This document shows, in pieces, positions 10,689 to 20,095 of a DNA stretch of 64,000 nt (its first letter is position 1; each line of letters opens with the position of its first letter). Position numbers and translations under genes: made by a program. The notes below the pieces were generated by a model. The model did no database searches. It saw nothing but the letters and a program-made list of their open reading frames with translations, and had not been told where the DNA came from. This stretch comes from an uncultured Lachnospiraceae bacterium (GTDB lineage: Bacteria > Bacillota > Clostridia > Christensenellales > UBA1242), in NCBI GenBank assembly GCA_964400145.1, contig CAYNTF010000001.1, positions 127,943 to 191,942 on the forward strand, given 5' to 3'.

Positions 10689-10729
10689 AGTTTACCTCCC
10701 TTTTTCAAGGCGTGCCACCTTGTTAAATA

Positions 10730-10758
10730 TATTTTGACTTAAATCATTTTTTTTATTC
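10730..10758 (-). promoter_or_regulatory. Forespore sigma (SigF/SigG)-like promoter
   Basis: GAATA-N17-CAAAATA upstream of the 47-aa ORF. Confidence 0.5.
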
Positions 10759-10904
10759 ATGCTGAACAAAGAAAATGCGGTCAAAATATTTTCACAAAGA
10801 AAAAGGAAAGCAAAACAAAAAGATATTTCACAGAGAAAATGAGATAAAACATCACGGCGCACTTTTCATGACCAAAGCACACCGTAAATTATTAAATTCA
10901 AAGA

Positions 10905-11369
10905 TTATTTCTTGCTTCCTGTGCCTTTTGGAGCAGATTTTGTCGATTTTGACGCAGTTTTCTTCGTCGAAGAACTTGTTTTCGCCGAAGTGGATGACTT
11001 TTTCGATTTTTTCTCTTCTTCGTCAAGAAGATTATAATATTCGTCAAACACATCCATTGCCACTTTTTCGTTTGTTTCCACCATAAGAACAGGCTCTTTG
11101 CCCTTTTCTTCATGCACAAAGAAAACAATCGCTTCATCGTCTGCAATGTTGTCAATCTTGTCGATAGGTTTCAAAACACAATATAATTTGTTGTTAAATG
11201 GAATGACAGCAATTTGTTCAAAAGAAATTCTTCTGCCGTTTCCATCAACCAACACAATCGGCTCCTTGTTATCTTCGTCCAAAAGCACATCGATGATGTC
11301 AAGATTTTCTTCTGCCTCTTGAACTTTTTTTGATGCATCTTCAATTTTTTGAATTTTTTTCTTATCCAT
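10905..11369 (-). CDS. DUF1292-like protein with Lys/Ser-rich tail
   Basis: IVLVDGNG..FEQIAVI..NKLYCVLKP..DEAIVF; usual position after ruvX; RBS AAGGAG before MDKKK. Confidence 0.75.
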   Translation of the reverse strand: MDKKKIQKIEDASKKVQEAEENLDIIDVLLDEDNKEPIVLVDGNGRRISFEQIAVIPFNNKLYCVLKPIDKIDNIADDEAIVFFVHEEKGKEPVLMVETNEKVAMDVFDEYYNLLDEEEKKSKKSSTSAKTSSSTKKTASKSTKSAPKGTGSKK

Positions 11370-11379
11370 TTTTTTCTCC

Positions 11380-11799
11380 TTATTTTGTTGGATTTTCGTC
11401 AATGTAATTTTGCAGTATGATTTGTGCCGAAATCTTATCCAAAAATTCCTTGCGCTTTTCCCACTTGATTTTTGCCTCTTTCAGAAGTTCTTCCGCCTCA
11501 AAAGATGTGTATCTCTCGTCCTGAAACGCAATTTCCACACCCGTTCGCTCCTGCAATTTTTGAGCGAAAGCCCGAACAGTGTGACACATCTCGCCTTCCG
11601 TTCCGTCGGTACTGAGCGGAAGTCCAAACACAACAATTTCAACTGCGCGCGACTCAATCAAATCGGAAAGATATGCAAGGTCTTTCTCTTCGGTCTGGGT
11701 TTTGTAGATATGGTCAGCGCTCGCAACTGAAAGGTTGGAGAAAGCCACCCCAATTCTTGATTTGCCATAATCTAAACCCATTTTTCGTCTATACTGCAT
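11380..11799 (-). CDS. ruvX: Holliday junction resolvase-like / pre-16S rRNA nuclease RuvX (YqgF)
   Basis: GLDYGKSRIGVA, VFGLP, DERYTS, D..SAQIILQ. Confidence 0.93.
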   Translation of the reverse strand: MQYRRKMGLDYGKSRIGVAFSNLSVASADHIYKTQTEEKDLAYLSDLIESRAVEIVVFGLPLSTDGTEGEMCHTVRAFAQKLQERTGVEIAFQDERYTSFEAEELLKEAKIKWEKRKEFLDKISAQIILQNYIDENPTK

Positions 11800-11887
11800 A
11801 CATCACCACTATTATTTTAACTAAAACCAAGAAAATAGTCAAACAAAATTCGATTAAAATACAAAAAGTGCAAACAATTCAACAAAA

Positions 11888-14380
11888 TCATTTGCACTCA
11901 AAAAGATTTTTTCCGCTTGAAACCGAAACAATCAGCCGAACGGCGAAGTTTGTCACGCTTTCCATGCACTCTTTCAAAATTTGTTTAACCTTGTCCACTT
12001 CTTCTGGCGGAGCGTCGATGATAAGTTCGTCGTGAATTTGCAAAATTAGATGACTTCTCATGCCCGCCAACCGTTTCTGGACTTCAATCATAGCCATTTT
12101 TATGACATCAGACGCCGTTCCTTGAAGTGGCATATTCATGGCAACACGCTCGCCAAACTTTCTGACATTTATATTTGACGATTTGATTTCTGGAATATGT
12201 CTAATTCGCCCAAAATACGACCTTATAAGCCTGTTCTCCCTGGCGAACTGCACATTTTTTTCCATAAAACTCTTGATTTTTGGATATCGTGTGAAATAGT
12301 TGTTGATATAATTTTTCGCTATGTCGCGTGAAGTTTTGATGTTTTGCGACAACCCAAAATCGCTTATGCCATAAACAATTCCAAAATTGACAGCCTTCGC
12401 TTCCCGTCTTTGCTCCCGCGTGACATTTTCAACAGGAACACCAAAAATTTCACTCGCTGTTTTCGTGTGGATGTCTATGCCGTTCTGGTAAGCCGAAATC
12501 ATGCCTTCTTCTTCCGCCAAATTCGCCAAAAGTCGCAACTCAATCTGGTTATAGTCCGCCGATACAATCTGCCCGCCTTCATACTTTGAAATAAAAATCT
12601 TACGCAAGTTGCGCCCTTCTTCATCGCGCGTTGGAATATTCTGCAAGTTTGGCTCACTGCTTGACAGTCGCCCTGTCGATGTCAGTGTTTGATTGAAGAT
12701 TGTGTGAATGACATTGCCACTGTTTTTGCATATATTTTCATAGACAGAAATGTAAGTGCTGACAAGTTTGCTCTTTTTTCTGTATTCAATAATGTGGTCG
12801 ACAATTTGATGTTGCCAACGCATATCGTCAAGCACGGCAAAATTGGTGGATTGTTTCTTGTTGTTCCACGATTTCAACCCCAATTTTTCAAACAAAATGT
12901 GCGCCACTTGTTTTGGCGAATTTATGTTAAATTCTTCCCCTGCCAACTGGTAAATTTTCTCTGTCAACTCGGCAAGTTCACTGTTATATTTCTCGCTCAA
13001 TTCTTCAAGCATCGCCTCGTCAACCTTAAAGCCTTCCCTTTCCATGCTGGCAAGCACAGAAACAAGTGGAATCTCGATTTCGTTGTAAATTTTTTCAACA
13101 TTTTTTTCCGCAATTTGCCTTTCAAGTTCAAATTTAAGCGAAATAAACTCATTGACAGACGCCAAATCTTGTTTTGGAAGCCCCGCGTAAAGCACATAGC
13201 GCGCAATTTCAACATCAAAAAAATTGTTTAATTTGATGTCCAAATTTTTTAAAATCTTCACATCTTCTTTGGAAAAATTGGTGATTTTGACAATATTTTC
13301 ATCTTCAAACACATTTTTAAATGTCATCAGAACTTCGTTTAAATCAAGTTTTTCAGAAAACAAGTCAATCTCTTTTTTGACATAAAAAACTTCATCATCG
13401 CCGACAGCGAATTCCAACTTTGAAAGGTCATAGCAAAAGAAATTTTTGACGCGCCCAGAAAGTTCCTGCACCTGAGCCATACTTTCAAGGCAAGTTTGCT
13501 TCACTTGCACACTTTTGCTTTTGACGCCTTCTCGGAAAATATTGCGGTTGGTCAAACTTCGAAAATCCCAATCTTCAAAAAAATCGCGGACATTTTGAGA
13601 GAATGGAAAATCATACCCGCATTCTGCGATTGAAAAGTCAAAATCACAATCGGTTTTGATTGTCGCAAGTTCATGCGACATAAATGCAGTGTCCTTGCCG
13701 TCAACAAGTTTTTCTTTAAGTCGCCCACTGATGCTGTTTATATTTGCATAAATCTCTTCCAAAGTTCCGTATTGCGAAAGAAGAGAAATGGCCGTCTTTT
13801 CTCCGATGCCAGCAACGCCCGGAATGTTGTCGCTTGCATCACCCATGAGAGATTTCAAGTCAACAATTCCCTCTGGTTTCAAGCCGAACTTGTCAAAAAG
13901 TGCTTTTTCGTCAAATTTGTCAACTTCCGTAATTCCCTTGCGCGTCAACCACACGCAAGTGTTGTCGTCAATAAGTTGCAACAAATCGCGGTCACCTGAC
14001 ACCAAAATATTTTGCATTTTGGAATTTTTTGCAAGCGTACCGATGATGTCATCCGCTTCAATTCCAGCGACTTCAAAAATTTTGACGCCCATAGTCTGCA
14101 ACATTTCTTTAATGACAGGAAATTGTGCGATAAGGTCTGGCGGAGTTTCTTTGCGCTTGGCTTTATATCCGTCATAGATTGCGTTTCGAAAAGTTTTGCG
14201 CGCATGGTCAAAAGCGACAGCCAAAAATTTTGGTTGTTGCTCAACAATCAACTTAACAAGCAGATTTGCAAAGCCGAACACTGCACCCGACGGTTTTTTG
14301 TCGCGATTAGATAAATACGGCATTGCGTAATATGCCCTGTTTGCCAAACTATTTCCATCAATTATAATAAATTTATCCAT
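11888..14380 (-). CDS. polA: DNA polymerase I
   Basis: IDGNSLANRAYYA, EADDIIGT, GDASDNIPG, TGRLSS..PNLQNIP, DYNQIELR, KAVNFGIVYG, QIHDEL. Confidence 0.97.
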   Translation of the reverse strand: MDKFIIIDGNSLANRAYYAMPYLSNRDKKPSGAVFGFANLLVKLIVEQQPKFLAVAFDHARKTFRNAIYDGYKAKRKETPPDLIAQFPVIKEMLQTMGVKIFEVAGIEADDIIGTLAKNSKMQNILVSGDRDLLQLIDDNTCVWLTRKGITEVDKFDEKALFDKFGLKPEGIVDLKSLMGDASDNIPGVAGIGEKTAISLLSQYGTLEEIYANINSISGRLKEKLVDGKDTAFMSHELATIKTDCDFDFSIAECGYDFPFSQNVRDFFEDWDFRSLTNRNIFREGVKSKSVQVKQTCLESMAQVQELSGRVKNFFCYDLSKLEFAVGDDEVFYVKKEIDLFSEKLDLNEVLMTFKNVFEDENIVKITNFSKEDVKILKNLDIKLNNFFDVEIARYVLYAGLPKQDLASVNEFISLKFELERQIAEKNVEKIYNEIEIPLVSVLASMEREGFKVDEAMLEELSEKYNSELAELTEKIYQLAGEEFNINSPKQVAHILFEKLGLKSWNNKKQSTNFAVLDDMRWQHQIVDHIIEYRKKSKLVSTYISVYENICKNSGNVIHTIFNQTLTSTGRLSSSEPNLQNIPTRDEEGRNLRKIFISKYEGGQIVSADYNQIELRLLANLAEEEGMISAYQNGIDIHTKTASEIFGVPVENVTREQRREAKAVNFGIVYGISDFGLSQNIKTSRDIAKNYINNYFTRYPKIKSFMEKNVQFARENRLIRSYFGRIRHIPEIKSSNINVRKFGERVAMNMPLQGTASDVIKMAMIEVQKRLAGMRSHLILQIHDELIIDAPPEEVDKVKQILKECMESVTNFAVRLIVSVSSGKNLFECK

Positions 14381-14461
14381 AAAACAACTCAAAAATCAAA
14401 ATTTAATTAACAAAAACGACAAAACTGACTGACAAAAATCTGAAAACACACAAGAGCGCAA

Positions 14462-14809
14462 CTAAATTCTCAAAACAAATCTCAAACATTCTTCGACAAC
14501 TTCTTCATCGCCCGAGCGAAAGAGATTAAACAACCAATCTGGCATGATTGCAATGACGATGTAAACCAAAATTGCAACGATAAGCAGAGTGAAAAAGACA
14601 AGTTTAAGCGGATTTCCGGTGAAATTGACAAGTGCAAAGCAGAAAATTATCGCCACCCCGCCAAAGTCGACAATAAAGTTGAACCAACTGGTGAAGCCTT
14701 GCATATTTGGACTCCAATCCGTATTTTCAATCAAAATATCGACCGACAAAAAAGCAATATAGATAATCGCGCAGATTGAAAGAATTGTGTAGATAATTTT
14801 CTTCATCAC
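14462..14809 (-). CDS. Small hypothetical membrane protein (3 TM)
   Basis: Hydrophobic segments, GGAGG RBS, upstream TTGAAA/TATCAT promoter. Confidence 0.65.
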   Translation of the reverse strand: MMKKIIYTILSICAIIYIAFLSVDILIENTDWSPNMQGFTSWFNFIVDFGGVAIIFCFALVNFTGNPLKLVFFTLLIVAILVYIVIAIMPDWLFNLFRSGDEEVVEECLRFVLRI

Positions 14810-14991
14810 GCCTCCATTTTTTCATCAAGCCTCCATGAAAGCAGTTCACTTACATATATGATATCACAAAAAAGAATGTATTTTCAAGCAAAAATAAAAA
14901 AAATCTAAAACAAACTCTCAAAAGGAAAAAGAAATTTGTCAAAACCATAAAAAATATGAATTAAAAAGAAAGAATGTCGTGATTAACAAAT

Positions 14992-15021
14992 AAAAAACCG
15001 CAAGTTTTTTCTTGCGGTTTT
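14992..15021 (-). terminator. Terminator closing the phage-like head/lysis operon
   Basis: AAAAAACCGCAAG-loop-CTTGCGGTTTT. Confidence 0.85.
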
Positions 15022-15126
15022 ATGCATATTTATACATAAATTTGATTATTTATTCATTAAAAATTTATACTTTTTTATCCAAATTTTCTCTTTCACACCT
15101 TTTCAATCACTTCCAATTTCAACAGA

Positions 15127-15588
15127 TTATTCATCGTCAAATTTGTCGTTATTTTCATCGTCGATTTGATTGGAATTGTTGATTAATTCATTTATTTCGC
15201 TGGATTTTTCTTTTTCATCGTCAGTTTCATTGACATTGTTGCTTTCGTCGTCTGAATTGTTTTCTTCTTCGTCGAAATTATTGTTTTCTTCATCGATTTG
15301 TTTGACATTTTTTTCATCTATATTGTCGGTTTCATCTTCATAAAAATTGTCAATTTCGTTATCATCAGAGTTGTCAATTTCGTCTTCGTCAGAACTGTTG
15401 TTGGACACTCCTGTCACCACTCCAAGCACAACCAAAACTCCTGCAATCGACATAATTACATTTTCAACAATTTCGTTGTCAGTCGAAAAGCCAAATGCTT
15501 GCCCAAACGCATTCAACAAAATTATTATCGCACCCGAAAGGCTGACCCAAAAACCGTAATTCTGGAACTTTTTGAAAAAGTTTTTCAT
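15127..15588 (-). CDS. Holin-like protein (phiLC3-type) with long acidic tail
   Basis: KKFQNYGFWVSL..2 TM..VLVVLGVV pattern, then Asp/Glu/Asn-rich tail; coupled to the upstream BhlA gene. Confidence 0.6.
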   Translation of the reverse strand: MKNFFKKFQNYGFWVSLSGAIIILLNAFGQAFGFSTDNEIVENVIMSIAGVLVVLGVVTGVSNNSSDEDEIDNSDDNEIDNFYEDETDNIDEKNVKQIDEENNNFDEEENNSDDESNNVNETDDEKEKSSEINELINNSNQIDDENNDKFDDE

Positions 15589-15818
15589 TCGTCATACCCT
15601 TTCTCGTGATGTATTTTTAAGGTGTCCATAATTTCCGTCAATTCTTCCCTCACATCTTTGAGAATTTGCAAGTCGTTGGCAAGTTGCTCAATCGTTTCCT
15701 GATACTTCACTTCTCGCTTGGCACTGTCTTTAAGTTGATAGCAAAACAGGAAAACAAACAAAATTGCAAACACGCCATTGCTTATTATTATGCTCACTAT
15801 GTCATTCCAAATGTCCAT
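15585..15818 (-). CDS. BhlA/UviB-family holin-like peptide
   Basis: ISNGVFAILFVFLFCYQLKDSAKREVKYQETIEQL matches the family pattern. Confidence 0.8.
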   Translation of the reverse strand: MDIWNDIVSIIISNGVFAILFVFLFCYQLKDSAKREVKYQETIEQLANDLQILKDVREELTEIMDTLKIHHEKGYDE

Positions 15819-15920
15819 GGTCTTTTTCCTTGTTAAAATGATTTTTTATTGCCATAAAATCTCCCATTTGATAGAATGACGCCTTCACATAAAATTTGGT
15901 TTTGTCAAAAAATTTTATAA

Positions 15921-17426
15921 TCATACCACAACATCAAAGACAATCATAGGTTTTTTAATTTCGCAATATTGTTCGCTTGTTTTGAAGGTGAATTGAAAGG
16001 TTTTTCCTGTCACAGAAACGGACAATCTTTGCTCTTTTTCGCTTCCAGAAAATTGATAAGTTTTGGATTCTTCGTCGGATTTGATTTCAACTTCAATCGG
16101 ATAGATTGAAGTCAAAATGATTTCCTTGACTTTCTTCCTTTTCGCTTGATAGCCAAGGTCGGTTTTAAACGACTGCCAGCATTTTTCATTTGCTGTGCCA
16201 AAAGTTGCGCCATTTGTGATAAGTTCGCCAATTTGTTGGTCATAGTTTGTGTCATAGAAACAAGCCACAAGTTTGCTCATATATGGGTTGTCAACAGCCA
16301 AAATTTTTCTTATATCCACCCCGCGATATATGTTCACATCGAAAGTTTCAATATCAATCTCAAAAAGAACATTGTTGGTGTGAGTCGAACTTTCGCAACC
16401 CACAGTTTTGTCATCATCAAAACTGCATTTTGTGGCAAGATAATACTTCCCGTTTATGCACGCGGATGAACAATTTGTGTTGTCCAAATTTTTGAAATAT
16501 TTATCAAAATTTTCTGCCACTTTGCTGACCGTTGAACTCTTGAAAGAATATAGCCCATCACGCGTCATAAACAGCACTTTGCTTCCGCAAACGCAAACAG
16601 AATTTTCGTAAATTTTTGAAGTGGAAGTGTATAGATGAGTGAAAGAAAAGTCATTTTTTGTGGAGTAAATTGAAATTCTTGTGATGCCGTATTCTCTGAA
16701 TAAATATACATAATCATTGAAGGCAACAAGTATGTTGAATGAGCCTCGATTGTCCAATAACTCAATGGTCGAACTGTCACCTTCTGTCCATGCTTTTAAA
16801 TCCAAATTTGATGTATAAACCAAAACATGTCGGTCTGTGTTTGTGATTGCATAGAAATTGTCGTAATGAACCACGCAAGAAATGAAGGCCGGAACATTAT
16901 CGTATAACCCTTCGGAGTTTGATGTCACATAGAGCATACCCTCATTTGAAAAATAGGCTTCGGCATCGGCACTTTCATAGCGATAATTCATGCAGAAAGT
17001 GGGATAACTTGAAAGTTTGCTTGAACGCAACCAAATGGTGCTGTAATATGGGTCAATCAGCGGAATGAACCACAAAACATAACTTGTGTCAATCATGACA
17101 AGATAATAGTCATAACTTTGATTGGACGAGTTATACCACCGCTCCGTCCAAATTCCACAAATTTTATCGATTGAAGAGCCAAAATTAAATGTGTGGCAAT
17201 TTTCCAAGTCTGTCGTTGATGACGGAACTTCAATGTCGCGAAATCCCAATCCTGTTTTGAGCGCCCCGTCAATGTAGGAAAGATTATACGAATTCTTACA
17301 TCGATTTGCGCCCGCAACGGAATCATCAACATTCGACAAAACGCCGTTGTCGAAAATGGAAAATACAATATTCTTTTCGCTTATATTTTTCTGTTTTTTA
17401 AGGTTTTTATAAAAAATCACAGCCAT
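15921..17426 (-). CDS. Putative podovirus-type nozzle / DNA stabilisation protein (P22 gp10 / T7 gp12-like)
   Basis: About 500 aa, beta-rich, directly after the adaptor gene; start may be GTG at 17420; call mainly from size and synteny. Confidence 0.55.
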   Translation of the reverse strand: MAVIFYKNLKKQKNISEKNIVFSIFDNGVLSNVDDSVAGANRCKNSYNLSYIDGALKTGLGFRDIEVPSSTTDLENCHTFNFGSSIDKICGIWTERWYNSSNQSYDYYLVMIDTSYVLWFIPLIDPYYSTIWLRSSKLSSYPTFCMNYRYESADAEAYFSNEGMLYVTSNSEGLYDNVPAFISCVVHYDNFYAITNTDRHVLVYTSNLDLKAWTEGDSSTIELLDNRGSFNILVAFNDYVYLFREYGITRISIYSTKNDFSFTHLYTSTSKIYENSVCVCGSKVLFMTRDGLYSFKSSTVSKVAENFDKYFKNLDNTNCSSACINGKYYLATKCSFDDDKTVGCESSTHTNNVLFEIDIETFDVNIYRGVDIRKILAVDNPYMSKLVACFYDTNYDQQIGELITNGATFGTANEKCWQSFKTDLGYQAKRKKVKEIILTSIYPIEVEIKSDEESKTYQFSGSEKEQRLSVSVTGKTFQFTFKTSEQYCEIKKPMIVFDVVV

Positions 17427-17974
17427 CTCCTTTTAGGCAAAACATGCTCCCCGCGTTTGCGCGAAAGAACAAACAAACTCTGCTTGAAACGCTCTTCCCA
17501 AATTTCCGCATCTTCACTTATGCCATCGATTAAAAGGTATTCGCTGGCAACGCCGTAGGCATAAACTCTGGCACTCAACCCGCAGAGCATTTCAACATCA
17601 CTGCTGATTGTAAGTTCTTCTGGAAGATAACTGTAAACAACCGTTTTTGCCTTGCCAACAACTTCCACAAAATCTGGAAAGAGCCTAAATTGCAGGCTCA
17701 TTCCCAATCGGTTCTTCACTTCGATTATGTGGATAACAGTTTTTTTAAGGTCGCCAAAGTTTATTATGGAACTTTTACCATCCAAAGTTTCTTTTGTGAG
17801 AAACGGAAGATAATCGCTCGCAATCTCTTGATTGACAAGATTGAAACATCGCGTCATGGTGTTCACTTTTTCTTGCTCTCTGTCCGTCAAATCTTCGGCA
17901 GAGTCGAGTTTGTACAAAATTTCTTTTTCTCCCACAAACTCACAAACCAATTTGATTATGTCTTTAACTGTCAT
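17417..17974 (-). CDS. Putative head-tail adaptor (P22 gp4 / T7 gp11-like)
   Basis: MTVKDII..VGE..FNLVNQEI helical N-terminus, YAYGVASE; 185 aa, downstream of the capsid gene. Confidence 0.6.
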   Translation of the reverse strand: MTVKDIIKLVCEFVGEKEILYKLDSAEDLTDREQEKVNTMTRCFNLVNQEIASDYLPFLTKETLDGKSSIINFGDLKKTVIHIIEVKNRLGMSLQFRLFPDFVEVVGKAKTVVYSYLPEELTISSDVEMLCGLSARVYAYGVASEYLLIDGISEDAEIWEERFKQSLFVLSRKRGEHVLPKRRWL

Positions 17975-18281
17975 AGATTTTCTCCTTAAAGTCGTTCAAA
18001 ATTTCCTTCTCCTTTGCGCGTTGCAAAGCCAAATTTTCCGCTTCCATCTTCGCAAAGAGTTCATCACTGTTTTGCACTCTGGTTTTGAGAACATGAAAAT
18101 ATGCTCTTTCGTCCAATCGGTCAAACGGAAAGGTTAGGCAATATGTGTTTTGCTGTCGTCTGTGATGAAGTTGAAGTTTTTTCGCGTCCAAATCGTATAC
18201 AACAAAATAATCTTCATCAATCGCCTTAATTCGTTTGACGATATCCAAACAGTCGCTATCAATTTCAAAAGACTTTTTCAT
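17964..18281 (-). CDS. Hypothetical protein in head operon
   Basis: Starts 3 nt after the capsid stop and overlaps the adaptor start (coupled). Confidence 0.7.
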   Translation of the reverse strand: MKKSFEIDSDCLDIVKRIKAIDEDYFVVYDLDAKKLQLHHRRQQNTYCLTFPFDRLDERAYFHVLKTRVQNSDELFAKMEAENLALQRAKEKEILNDFKEKIYDS

Positions 18282-18284
18282 TTA

Positions 18285-19448
18285 TTATTCTCCCAAAGTG
18301 ATTGTTGTTGGAAGTCCAGAGCAGAAGCCCACCCCAGATGGTTTTTGGCAAAGAAGTTCAGTGTATTTAACAAGAGTTGCAGAATATGCAGGTTTGTCCG
18401 CCTGTTGCTTCAAAATTCTGCCACTTTCGTCTTCCAACCACTTCCAATCGCCAAGTTCATAGAAGACAAAATCGTCAGTGTTCAAGAAATAGCACTCGTC
18501 AGCACCAACATGATTTGTTGGAACGATTGGCGTTCCAAAGTGAGTGATAACTTTTGTGCCATCTTCAAGAGTGGTATAGTCAATGTGTTTCTTATAGAGC
18601 GTCAAATATCTTTGATATACTCTTTTCAGGTCATATGAAGAGTTGATGAAGTTGACAGCCGTGCCGTCCATTTCAAGATTGTCTATGATTTTTTGAACAT
18701 AGTCTTCATCAAAGACATCAGAGTCGCCAGCAGTGTATTTCTTTGCGTTCATGATTGGGTAGTCTTCTCTGTTGACACCATAAAGTTCGGTGTTTTCCAC
18801 AATTCCTTTAAGTCCTGTGATTTCCAGCCCTTTGGAGTTGTGAAGATAGATTGTATATCCCGTTGCAAGCGATTGTGTAGCAGACAGAGTGATAACCCCT
18901 GTCGACTTGTCCACACTCGAAACATAGACATTTGATTCAACAAGTGTTTCGCCATTATAGATATCCACAAACATACCCGGTGCAACTGCTTCGGTGTTGT
19001 CTGTTGTCACAGTGGTCGATTCCACAGTCAATGTTCCAAGAAGAGCAGAGCCGTCGCCATAAATCATTCTTGAAAGGTTGAATATGCTTGCTTTAAGAAG
19101 GCTGTCCATGCCGTCTTGCAACAAGTTCACAAAAGAGTTAACATCGCTTGAAGAGCATCGAATGGCCTTGTCGCTTATTTCAAATCGCCCATACAAATTT
19201 TTGAGTGGCGCTTTGAAAGAAAGATAAGGTGTCACAACGCCTTCTGGCAAAGTGGATGTTTCTTCCCCTGCCATAATTCCACCGTTTATACCAACGGCTG
19301 CAACAACTCTTATTTCTTTTCCGTTGATGTTTCTTGTGCTTCTCTTAATTCTTGAAAAAAGAGGATTTGTTTTTGTGTTTATTTGGTCTGCGATAACACC
19401 CAAATAGACTTCTTTAAGCACATTTTCTGCGCTTTGTAATGTGATCAT
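18285..19448 (-). CDS. Phage major capsid protein
   Basis: 387 aa after scaffold; GEETSTLP, YGRFEISDKAI, SRMIYGDG, EITGLKGIV; RBS AAGGAG before MITLQ. Confidence 0.8.
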   Translation of the reverse strand: MITLQSAENVLKEVYLGVIADQINTKTNPLFSRIKRSTRNINGKEIRVVAAVGINGGIMAGEETSTLPEGVVTPYLSFKAPLKNLYGRFEISDKAIRCSSSDVNSFVNLLQDGMDSLLKASIFNLSRMIYGDGSALLGTLTVESTTVTTDNTEAVAPGMFVDIYNGETLVESNVYVSSVDKSTGVITLSATQSLATGYTIYLHNSKGLEITGLKGIVENTELYGVNREDYPIMNAKKYTAGDSDVFDEDYVQKIIDNLEMDGTAVNFINSSYDLKRVYQRYLTLYKKHIDYTTLEDGTKVITHFGTPIVPTNHVGADECYFLNTDDFVFYELGDWKWLEDESGRILKQQADKPAYSATLVKYTELLCQKPSGVGFCSGLPTTITLGE

Positions 19449-19479
19449 AATTTTTTTCTCCTTAAATTTTGAATGTCGT

Positions 19480-20094
19480 TTATGACAGCAAATCAAGCAC
19501 AATCTTCTTTGCCTCTTCAAAAGAGTCTGGGTTTGGGGTGACCGCTTTGGTCACCCTGTCGCCAGAATTTGAAGACATGACAATAGGAATTTTCTGTCCT
19601 TGAAGTTGCTTCATATAGTTTTTGATAACCAAATTTTGCAATTCGTCATCCTTTAAAACTAATTTTTGAAATTCTTTTGAGTTGGATGAATGCGAAAGTT
19701 TGTTATACAAAATTTCCGCCCAAGCCTTATCAAAAGCGTTTTCATCTTGGCTGTCGCTTTGCTTAACATGTTCTTTAAGTTCATTTGCGAAAGCCACTGC
19801 CTCCCGATTTTTTGAAAGAAAATCTTGAAGCGCGCCGTCGATTTCCTTATCATTCGTCGTCATAGACGCTTCCAAATCGGCAAGTTTTTGACTTTTTCTT
19901 GTGAATTCTGCTTGAAGATTGTTGTATGCCTTGACAAGTTCATCAACATTCTTAAATCTTCCAATGGGACTGCCCCTTTCTGCTTCAACTGTCGTCGTCA
20001 CATCATCTCCAAGTTGTTCACTGATGGAGTCAAGGCTGTTTTCTTCTTGCGAAGGTTGAACTGCCTGTGATTGTTCCAAATCTTTCTCTTCCAT
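19480..20094 (-). CDS. Capsid scaffolding protein
   Basis: Acidic N-terminus, GRFKNVDELVKAYNNLQAEFTRKSQKLA coiled coil; between portal and capsid. Confidence 0.75.
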   Translation of the reverse strand: MEEKDLEQSQAVQPSQEENSLDSISEQLGDDVTTTVEAERGSPIGRFKNVDELVKAYNNLQAEFTRKSQKLADLEASMTTNDKEIDGALQDFLSKNREAVAFANELKEHVKQSDSQDENAFDKAWAEILYNKLSHSSNSKEFQKLVLKDDELQNLVIKNYMKQLQGQKIPIVMSSNSGDRVTKAVTPNPDSFEEAKKIVLDLLS

Positions 20095-20095
20095 A

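Noticed and set aside
15802-15855. 17-codon ORF (MAIKNHFNKEKDHGHLE) with GGGAG overlapping the BhlA start, preceded by CATTCTA
   Set aside because: No matching -35 element and too short to evaluate; the holin has its own RBS
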